Positions 57,051 to 64,000 of a DNA stretch of 64,000 nt are shown piece by piece. The notes beneath the pieces were generated by a model that had not been told where the DNA came from, did not search any database, and saw only the letters and a program-made list of their open reading frames with translations. Position 1 is the stretch's first letter. The number at the start of each line of letters is the position of its first letter. The stretch comes from an uncultured virus (IMG/VR IMGVR_UViG_3300021426_000082). Lineage: Duplodnaviria > Heunggongvirae > Uroviricota > Caudoviricetes. The DNA lies in IMG/VR virus record IMGVR_UViG_3300021426_000082. One strand, 5' to 3'. The translations under genes and the position numbers were made by a program.

Positions 57051-58591
57051 GACTTGTAAAGATTTCTGCATCATCGGTGCAGATTAAGTCAAACGACAAA
57101 GAGTTTGAGGGATTAAGGATCAATGACCTGATGAGGATTACAGATGGCACAGCAAACCTTGTGGTCATGGTCAGCAACATCACGTCAGCAGATACGGACG
57201 ATGACGAGATGTTTATCAGGGCGACAAAGATGCGCGTTGTAGACTGCGACATCATAGGCTCGATTACGGACGGTCATTTCCATACTGACATTAATACGTA
57301 TCCCACAACCGACGTAAGCATTAGCGGTATCACTCAGGACGAGTTCAGGAACATGCTCATGAAGTTTGAGAACAACGGATTCAAGCTGGGCGTGTATGCC
57401 GACTATGAAGTAGACGCTTATGTAAATGCGAACAAGTTGTTCCAGAGACACGCCTGCCTGCTTGGTAATACGGGTTCCGGTAAATCCGAAACGGTAGCAA
57501 AGATACTGCAGGAGATTTCCAAAAAGCGGTCAACGAATGTCCTGGTATTCGATATTCACGGTGAGTATTCGAACATTAGCTACGTCAAGAGCTATAAGGT
57601 AGGAACGGATGACTGTCCTATTCCCATCTGGATGTTCGGTTTTAATGGTATCGTATCCAATATCCTGCGCATCAAAGAAGAAAGCTCAACAGTGGTCATG
57701 ACTGCACTCAGGAAATGCTATTACCAGGTGTGTCCGGATGGTAAAGAAAACAAACCTATATGGTTCGACTACAAAGCCTTAATCAATGCCATGGTCAACC
57801 TCAACACCGAGGTTATAGGTACGGGCGACTTCTATAAGACAGGCGACAGAGCAGGTCAGGAAAAGACAAAGGCCGGAGAGTTCAACGGAAAGCTCGATAC
57901 AGTGATTGCAAAACTCAAAGACCGCTTAGAGGATTCCCGTTACAGGTTCCTTTTCAACGATCCTGGACAGGGGGCTTTACACACATTGTTCTCTATCCTG
58001 TTTGAAAAAGGTGGCGTAAAGAGTTTTGATTTTTCAGATGTTCCCCATGATGTAGCAGTCCCGATCATCGGAATTATCACAAAACTTGCCTATGACGGTC
58101 AGCGGACACAGAGAGATATTTGCCCCATGGTCATTTTCTGTGACGAGGCACATGTATATATCCCTGCATCCGATCAGTTATCATCCTCACAGCGACGCAT
58201 GACAGAGACGTTTGAAGAGATTGCAAAAGAAGGCCGTAAGTTCGGCGTGACACTTTTCCCGGCAACGCAGCGTCCTTCAGAGCTTAACAGAACAATCCTG
58301 GCTCAGTGCGGTAATTTTATTGTAATGAAACTGAACAACGAGAATGATAAGACCATCGTTAAAGGTATGTTACCCGAAGGTAATGTAGGCATCGTAGAAT
58401 CAACAACAATGTTCAGGCCGGGTGATTGTATCGTCATCGGTGATGCAAGTCCTATCCCTATCAAAGTGCATGTTGACCTCGCAGACGAAAGACCCACAAG
58501 CAGGACTATTGATTTCTGGTCAGAGTGGGATAGGGAAAGAGAACAGGCAGACGTGAATGACATTATAAGCAGCTATTTATCATCGTTTTGA
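57047..58591 (+). CDS. HerA-like ATPase (DUF87, with HAS-barrel-like N-terminus)
   Basis: RHACLLGNTGSGKS, FDIHGEY, CDEAH, IAKEGRKFG, TQRPSEL, QC.N. Confidence 0.85.
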   Translation: MRLVKISASSVQIKSNDKEFEGLRINDLMRITDGTANLVVMVSNITSADTDDDEMFIRATKMRVVDCDIIGSITDGHFHTDINTYPTTDVSISGITQDEFRNMLMKFENNGFKLGVYADYEVDAYVNANKLFQRHACLLGNTGSGKSETVAKILQEISKKRSTNVLVFDIHGEYSNISYVKSYKVGTDDCPIPIWMFGFNGIVSNILRIKEESSTVVMTALRKCYYQVCPDGKENKPIWFDYKALINAMVNLNTEVIGTGDFYKTGDRAGQEKTKAGEFNGKLDTVIAKLKDRLEDSRYRFLFNDPGQGALHTLFSILFEKGGVKSFDFSDVPHDVAVPIIGIITKLAYDGQRTQRDICPMVIFCDEAHVYIPASDQLSSSQRRMTETFEEIAKEGRKFGVTLFPATQRPSELNRTILAQCGNFIVMKLNNENDKTIVKGMLPEGNVGIVESTTMFRPGDCIVIGDASPIPIKVHVDLADERPTSRTIDFWSEWDREREQADVNDIISSYLSSF

Positions 58592-58601
58592 TAGATGTGC
58601 T

Positions 58602-58669
58602 CACCTGACTTGACAGGTGTAAGGTGAGGGAAGATTCCACTCACCAGAGCCTTCCGGAAGGCATCAAGG
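58602..58669 (+). ncRNA. natural single-guide scaffold (tracr fused to repeat half)
   Basis: CACCTG-ACTTGA-CAGGTG, GGTGAG/CTCACC, GCCTT-CCGG-AAGGC, ends ATCAAGG. Confidence 0.75.
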
Positions 58670-58764
58670 ATAACTGTACAGATTCTTTTTTGTTTTATGG
58701 CCTTCTGGTTTCGGTAAGGCATCAAGGAGGAAATAGCAAACTTGCTTTCGGGAAGGCATCAAGA
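58651..58764 (+). CRISPR. degenerate micro-array upstream of Cas12f-like gene
   Basis: three AAGGCATCAAG ends (58668, 58726, 58763); one full 36-nt repeat 58692-58727; spacers of 22 and ~15 nt. Confidence 0.65.
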
Positions 58765-58848
58765 TGGATATGTTTATGTATGGCATGGTTGTCTGATACA
58801 TAAAGGAGAGAGCAGGCACAAAAAAAGCAAAAGAAAAGAAAGGCACCA

Positions 58849-60201
58849 ATGGCAAAAGATAGTTATGTTATGACGCGCAAAATCCAGGTGATTCCGGTAG
58901 GAGATAAGGAGGATATAGACAGGGCATACAAGTACATTCGTGATGCACGATACGTCCAGAACAGAGCGTACAATCTCCTTATCTCAACGGTATATGCGGC
59001 GATCATATCAAGAAAGAGTAACGAAGAAATAAACACGATATACAAAAGGGGTTCCAGAAAGCCAAAAGAAAATGATCCCGAATACAGTCTTTATGACTAT
59101 GACACATATCATTTTCCGGTAGGGCTTCCGATAGCGTCGGGGCTTAGCCAGCGTGTTAAGAGCGATATTAAAAAAGCAAAGCAAAACGGATTGTTTAAGG
59201 GTAATTCGTCCCTGCCTAACAAGAGAAGAACATCGGCGTTAGAGCTGCATCCTGATTATGTTAGGGTGATGGCTGAGAACAAAAGGCCCAATGGGTTGTA
59301 TCACAAGTATGATTCTGATGACGAGTTCTACGAGGCGTTAAGGACTGGAACACCAGAAATATACTGGAAGTTCTGCAACGGAATAGAGTTCAAGATGGTC
59401 ATACGGAACCCAAGGAAAGACGCATGTATCCGGTCAGAACTCGAAAAGATATTCAAAGGCGAGTATGCGATTAACGGGTCGCACATTAACATCTCAGACA
59501 GCGACAACAAGATAATTCTTTTCCTGACATTCACTGTACCTAAATCAGACAGGCAGTTGCTTGAAGATGTGACAGTAGGTGTAGATGTAGGGATGGCGAT
59601 ACCTGCGGTATGTGCGCTTAATAGCAATCCTGGGCCGAGATTATTTACGGGAACATACATCGTAGACGGCAATACTCACAAAGGAACGTCAGAGCTATTA
59701 AGACAGCGGACTTCAATTCAGAATCAGCTTAGAAGGCATCAAAGCGGACTTAAATACAGTAGTGGTGGTCACGGCAGGGCAAAGAAGCTACGGTCGCTTG
59801 AAAAGCTGAAGGACAGGGAAAGGAATTTTGTAAACACCTATAACCACAGGATTTCAAAAGCGGTCGTTGATTTTGCGCTGAAACACAAAGCGAAATATAT
59901 CAACATCGAAGAATTAAAAGGATATGATGCTAATGATTTGATTCTTCGTAACTGGTCATACTACGAACTGCAGAACATGATCACTTACAAGGCAGAGCGT
60001 TACGGAATCACTGTCAGGAAAATAGAACCCGCCTATACTTCTCAGACGTGTTCATGTTGCGGAAACGTCAGCAAAGCACAGAGAAGGAGCCAGAGTGAAT
60101 TTGTCTGCATTAATCCTGATTGCGAGAACTACATGAAAGTGGTCAATGCGGATTACAATGCCGCCAGAAACATCGCAATGTCAACTAAATATGTAAAATA
60201 G
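58849..60201 (+). CDS. cas12f: Cas12f-like (TnpB-superfamily) compact RNA-guided nuclease
   Basis: RuvC D246 (VGVDVG), E354 (INIEEL), D435 (NADYNAARNI); GGHGRAKK, LRNWSYYELQ, YTSQTCSCCG; flanked by tracr-like scaffolds and repeats. Confidence 0.88.
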   Translation: MAKDSYVMTRKIQVIPVGDKEDIDRAYKYIRDARYVQNRAYNLLISTVYAAIISRKSNEEINTIYKRGSRKPKENDPEYSLYDYDTYHFPVGLPIASGLSQRVKSDIKKAKQNGLFKGNSSLPNKRRTSALELHPDYVRVMAENKRPNGLYHKYDSDDEFYEALRTGTPEIYWKFCNGIEFKMVIRNPRKDACIRSELEKIFKGEYAINGSHINISDSDNKIILFLTFTVPKSDRQLLEDVTVGVDVGMAIPAVCALNSNPGPRLFTGTYIVDGNTHKGTSELLRQRTSIQNQLRRHQSGLKYSSGGHGRAKKLRSLEKLKDRERNFVNTYNHRISKAVVDFALKHKAKYINIEELKGYDANDLILRNWSYYELQNMITYKAERYGITVRKIEPAYTSQTCSCCGNVSKAQRRSQSEFVCINPDCENYMKVVNADYNAARNIAMSTKYVK

Positions 60202-60213
60202 TCAGCGATGGCT

Positions 60214-60270
60214 CGGTAGACTTGACTGCCGTAAGGTGAGGTCAAACAGGCACTCACCAGAACCCTTGCA
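60214..60270 (+). ncRNA. tracrRNA-like scaffold with anti-repeat
   Basis: CGGTAG-ACTTGA-CTGCCG, GGTGAG/CTCACC; ACCCTTG complementary to repeat CAAGGGT. Confidence 0.75.
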
Positions 60271-60285
60271 AAGTTAATAATTGGC

Positions 60286-60443
60286 CCTTTGGAGGACTGT
60301 AGAACCACAAGGGTATCAAGGCTACAGTGTTGGACATAGAAAACATTGATGCCTTTGGAGGACTATTAAACCGCAGGGGTGTCAAGGGCAAACTTAGCAA
60401 ATGCTACCCTTTGGAGGACTGTAAAATCACAAGGGTATTAAGG
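60286..60443 (+). CRISPR. mini CRISPR array: three 36-nt repeats, spacers of 30 and 20 nt
   Basis: CCTTTGGAGGACTGTAGAACCACAAGGGTATCAAGG at 60286, variants at 60352 and 60408. Confidence 0.85.
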
Positions 60444-60467
60444 TCAAGGTAGAAAGGACTTAAAAAA

Positions 60468-60848
60468 ATGACCAAAAAGACTTTCGCAGGCACAAAAAAT
60501 GCAGGGGTGTCAAGGAAGGATTCAATCATAGTAGACATGCGCTATGCAAATTATGACCTTATTGACGGTCGGCCTGACGTGCATAGGCATCATGTATTCA
60601 TGGGGGCAAAACAGCGTGATTTAGCCGACGAAGATGGTTTGTGGATACCGCTTTCAGAACAGCACCATGAATACGGTTTAAGACCGGATACAGGCGTTAG
60701 ATGTGACGTGCATCATTGTAAGATATTCAGACAGCTTACTCAGATTATCGGTCAGTTAGCATGGGAACTCGACTATGTTGCCGATGATCAAAAGAAAAAA
60801 GAAGCAAGAGAGGCTTTCCGGAAAAGATACGGTCAGTCTATGCTTTAA
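60468..60848 (+). CDS. HNH-like (Ref-like) phage nuclease
   Basis: HRHHVF.G..R.L..EDGL..PL...HH. Confidence 0.55.
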   Translation: MTKKTFAGTKNAGVSRKDSIIVDMRYANYDLIDGRPDVHRHHVFMGAKQRDLADEDGLWIPLSEQHHEYGLRPDTGVRCDVHHCKIFRQLTQIIGQLAWELDYVADDQKKKEAREAFRKRYGQSML

Positions 60849-60893
60849 TAGTACAACATGTAGGAACAATCTGTTAAACAAAGGAGGTTTTGT

Positions 60894-61367
60894 ATGGCGT
60901 GGGTAAAAGGAATCCCGCCGAAAATGCTGCATGACAAGCTCGGTATTTATCGCGAGGGCGGGTGGCACGCAGAGATGGACCGTTGCTGGGTTGACGGGAC
61001 CTATTGTGTATGCTCACGAATCATTAGAACACAATTCGGCAACGTGGAGCATGTAACGATCACAAAGGGCGGTGGTACGTATGACGGTTCCGGTGAGGTG
61101 ACTTGGGCGGAAAAGATGCGTATTAAGAATGAACTGTTCGGGGAGAACAGATTTGCTATTGAGGTTTTCCCGAAACAGAAGAACCTGGTTGATGTGTGCG
61201 ATGTCTATCACCTTTGGGTATTTGACAAAAAGGTAAATATGCCTTTTGGAATCGGCAAAAAAGAAATGGTCCATGCTATCAACCGCGGTTATAACATAAC
61301 GCCCGCTGAACTGGAAACGTTAAACAGCGCAATTAACAAAGGAGAGACTATTGGAAGTCTGGCGTGA
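60894..61367 (+). CDS. phage hypothetical protein
   Basis: TWAEKMRIKNELFGE...AIEVFP...LVD....HLW. Confidence 0.65.
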   Translation: MAWVKGIPPKMLHDKLGIYREGGWHAEMDRCWVDGTYCVCSRIIRTQFGNVEHVTITKGGGTYDGSGEVTWAEKMRIKNELFGENRFAIEVFPKQKNLVDVCDVYHLWVFDKKVNMPFGIGKKEMVHAINRGYNITPAELETLNSAINKGETIGSLA

Positions 61368-61896
61368 GGTTCCAGGTTATAACGGAAGGTATTTTGCAAG
61401 CAACAAGGGCCGGATTAAAAGCTATACCGGACACATACTTTCGATGATCAAAAGGTGCCGTGGTGAGAATGTAAGATATGTTGTCACGACAACCAAAAGT
61501 GACAACCGCAGGGGGGCGGCGAGTGTAGCCAGAATGGTATGGCTTGCTTTTAATGGTATTCCACCTCCGGGATACATGGTGGTGCATAAGAATGGTTTTC
61601 AACACGACAACAGGCTTTCAAACCTTATGTTGATGCCAAGAAAGTCACCGCCGCTGATACCACCTAACCAGAAACCAGTCATCAAAATATCAAAATCTGG
61701 AGAGATATTAGAGCATTACACATCTGCAAAAGAGGCGGGTGACGCTAACTACTTTGCAGATACGACTATATCAAGGAGGGCGTTAGGGCAGGTCAAATAT
61801 CCTTTGGATGGCGGGATAGACTTTTGCTATGACACGAACGAAAGCTACAAAATGGCCCTTAAAAGGCTGGGACTTAAACCGAAGAACCTGTATTGA
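61351..61896 (+). CDS. NUMOD4-HNH endonuclease
   Basis: EVW..VPGY.GRY..SN.GR, HKNG..DN...NL. Confidence 0.8.
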   Translation: MEVWREVPGYNGRYFASNKGRIKSYTGHILSMIKRCRGENVRYVVTTTKSDNRRGAASVARMVWLAFNGIPPPGYMVVHKNGFQHDNRLSNLMLMPRKSPPLIPPNQKPVIKISKSGEILEHYTSAKEAGDANYFADTTISRRALGQVKYPLDGGIDFCYDTNESYKMALKRLGLKPKNLY

Positions 61897-61920
61897 CGAA
61901 AGGGACAAACGCTTTTGGGA

Positions 61921-62442
61921 ATGAAGGAACAGACACCTGAAATATGGAAGGACATTCCTGGTTATGGTGGTAAATATCAGGCATCTATACATGGCAATAT
62001 CCGAAGGGTATATGAAAGCGGAAAGACAAGGCAATTAACACCTTGGCATCGTAAGATGAGAGGAAGTCCCCGGCTTGTAGTCAAGCTGACCCACGAAGGA
62101 AAGAGCAGGGAGGCCGTGGTCTTAGGTCTTGTGGCCCTGACGTTCATAGGGCCTCGTCCAGAGGGATACGTGCCATATCACATAAACGGTATGCAGAGCG
62201 ATAACAGCGTCAGGAACATTGCGTATATATCCAGAAAAGAACTTGGACGACTGACCGGACCGGGAGCACGCAGAAAGCCAGTGGCTAAGATAGACGCTAC
62301 AGGAAATGTGGTCGAATACTATTCGTCTGCAAGGGAAGCGGGCAGAAAGAATCATATGTCATATCAGGCCATCTTGGACAGGTGCAACGGAAAAATAAAG
62401 AACCCCACGGCTCTTGATGGACATAACTATTTATGGGATTGA
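61921..62442 (+). CDS. NUMOD4-HNH endonuclease
   Basis: EIWKDIPGY.GKY, HING..SDN...N, NUMOD1-like tail. Confidence 0.8.
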   Translation: MKEQTPEIWKDIPGYGGKYQASIHGNIRRVYESGKTRQLTPWHRKMRGSPRLVVKLTHEGKSREAVVLGLVALTFIGPRPEGYVPYHINGMQSDNSVRNIAYISRKELGRLTGPGARRKPVAKIDATGNVVEYYSSAREAGRKNHMSYQAILDRCNGKIKNPTALDGHNYLWD

Positions 62443-62453
62443 AAGGAAAATAC

Positions 62454-63224
62454 ATGGGGATAGAACTTCTATCTGGCGACTGCTTAGAGTTAATGGGCCA
62501 TATCCCTGACAAATCAATAGACATGGTTCTCTGTGATTTGCCCTATGGAATATTAAATAAAAGCAATCCGAAAGCAAAATGGGATTCAGTGATCAGTTTT
62601 GATAAGTTGTGGGAACAGTATAAACGGATAACAAAAGACAATGCTGCAATCGTCCTTTTTGGAAGTGGCATGTTTACCGCAAGACTGATGCAGTCGAATG
62701 AAAAGATGTGGCGATACAACCTCGTGTGGGACAAGGTAATGAAAAGCGGTTTCCTTAATGCGAACCGTATGCCACTTAGACAGAATGAGGACATATGTGT
62801 TTTCTACAAAAGATTGCCGACGTACAATCCGCAGATGGAAAAATGTGCTCCACATAAGCGGAACCACACCAGGGGGAACATGCTCAACCAGACAGAGAAT
62901 AATTGCTACGGTGAGTTTAAGAACGTCCAGACAATCATATCGGATGAGAAGTACCCGACAAGCATAATCTCTATTCCAAAAGAACATTCGGTAGGAAAGT
63001 TTTTCCACCCGGCACAGAAACCCGTTGCCCTATTGGAATACCTTATCAGGACATTCACAAACGATGGTGACACTGTACTTGATAACTGCATGGGTAGCGG
63101 TTCAACAGGGGTTGCTTGCGTCAACACAAACCGGAACTTCATAGGGATTGAGATAGACAGTGATTATTTCAATATAGCGGTAAACAGGATTCACGAAGCA
63201 GAAGAAAGGAAAAAGCATGAGTAA
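62454..63224 (+). CDS. DNA N4/N6 methyltransferase (beta class)
   Basis: GDCLE, CDLPYG, HPAQKPV, LDNCMGSGSTG. Confidence 0.92.
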   Translation: MGIELLSGDCLELMGHIPDKSIDMVLCDLPYGILNKSNPKAKWDSVISFDKLWEQYKRITKDNAAIVLFGSGMFTARLMQSNEKMWRYNLVWDKVMKSGFLNANRMPLRQNEDICVFYKRLPTYNPQMEKCAPHKRNHTRGNMLNQTENNCYGEFKNVQTIISDEKYPTSIISIPKEHSVGKFFHPAQKPVALLEYLIRTFTNDGDTVLDNCMGSGSTGVACVNTNRNFIGIEIDSDYFNIAVNRIHEAEERKKHE

Positions 63225-63399
63225 GAAAAGAAAGAAACAGAAGATCAGAATCAGATTTAGAGACGGAAAAATCGACATCATCCCGCAGAAGTTCTGGGAC
63301 GATTACGAGGTCAACGGCGGCCTGTTCGTCATAAAGAAGAAGGGCGCATGGGTGGCTTTCTATCAGATGGACATCATCGAGTGCATGGTAGTCGGCTGA
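63217..63399 (+). CDS. hypothetical protein
   Basis: RBS; overlap with MTase. Confidence 0.55.
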   Translation: MSKKRKKQKIRIRFRDGKIDIIPQKFWDDYEVNGGLFVIKKKGAWVAFYQMDIIECMVVG

Positions 63400-63439
63400 G
63401 GTTTCGAAAATTGTGAGGTTCACAAAGAAAGGAAATTGT

Positions 63440-63661
63440 ATGACAGTCTATATCTTTACGTCATTTCCGAACCTCCCTGACAGAATGGAAAAGACAGAAC
63501 TTGTAGCTGCATCCATTGCAAAAGGTGAAGAGGAAATGCGCAAGCGGTATCCGGATATGAAAAGTGTAGGTAATAACCACTACTTACTTAACACAACGGA
63601 TGGACGTTCCATTGATCATAAGCTCCTTGGAAAAGTACGCGCCTGGAACGTGGTGGAATGA
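63440..63661 (+). CDS. hypothetical protein
   Basis: AAAGGA RBS before ATG 63440. Confidence 0.5.
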   Translation: MTVYIFTSFPNLPDRMEKTELVAASIAKGEEEMRKRYPDMKSVGNNHYLLNTTDGRSIDHKLLGKVRAWNVVE

Positions 63662-63678
63662 ATAGGAAAGAGATTGAA

Positions 63679-64000
63679 ATGAAAGAACCGTTAATAATTG
63701 ACTTATTCGCGGGAGGCGGCGGTGCTTCGGTCGGAATCGAGATGGCGCTTGGTCGGTGCGTAGATATTGCCGTAAACCATGACGAGATGGCAATCAAAAT
63801 GCACGAAACCAATCACCCTGACACACTGCATCTGACCGAGGATATTTTCGCAGTTGACTTAAAAGAATATGTTGGCGGAAAGAAAGTCGCTCTTGTCTGG
63901 GCCTCGCCGGATTGTACGGGCCACTCCAAAGCTAAAGGCGGGCAACCAAGGAACAGAGGATTAAGGGTGCTTCCGTGGGCGGTATATAAACATGCGAAAG
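63679..64000 (+). CDS. DNA cytosine-5 methyltransferase (runs off window edge)
   Basis: MKEPLIIDLFAGGGGAS...NH..WASPDC..HSKAKGG. Confidence 0.88.
   Translation, partial: MKEPLIIDLFAGGGGASVGIEMALGRCVDIAVNHDEMAIKMHETNHPDTLHLTEDIFAVDLKEYVGGKKVALVWASPDCTGHSKAKGGQPRNRGLRVLPWAVYKHAK

Noticed and set aside
58728..58745. Spacer reading EEIANL versus FtsK KEIANV
   Set aside because: A four-residue match in a ~15-nt spacer is expected by chance.
58849..60201. Interpretation as an ordinary IS605 TnpB or as a nuclease-dead regulator
   Set aside because: No tnpA or IS-type omega-RNA adjoins it, it has tracr and repeats, and all three RuvC acidic residues are intact.

Overview
The window covers most of a temperate siphovirus-type genome, most likely infecting a Clostridia/Lachnospiraceae-like Firmicute. 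Layout: rightward accessory and methylase genes (0.1-4.5 kb); a leftward early operon with anti-defence-like domains, a minimal tyrosine recombinase and an FtsK-like ATPase (4.7-14.0 kb) behind a ~630-nt structured non-coding leader; terminase small subunit and a palindrome-rich repeat region (15.4-16.7 kb); terminase large subunit with a class 3 intein; head, tail and lysis modules (24-53.6 kb); a cI/cro switch; RecT, PD-(D/E)XK nuclease and HerA-like ATPase; HNH endonucleases and methylases. The standout is a phage-encoded compact Cas12f/TnpB-like RuvC nuclease (58849-60201, catalytic D/E/D intact, no cas1/cas2) with three covarying copies of a guide scaffold. One lies upstream as a natural single-guide fusion followed by a micro-array, one downstream as tracr plus a 3-repeat array, and one is an orphan ~35 kb away at 23.6 kb. 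One spacer encodes the same 7 residues as this phage's tape-measure gene but differs at six synonymous positions. Also seen: two orphan IS200/IS605 TnpB omega-RNA ends, four late terminators sharing a tandem GAGCC motif next to a Com-like protein, and a cluster of anti-Shine-Dalgarno sequences. All family calls come from motif recognition by eye; no database searches were run.
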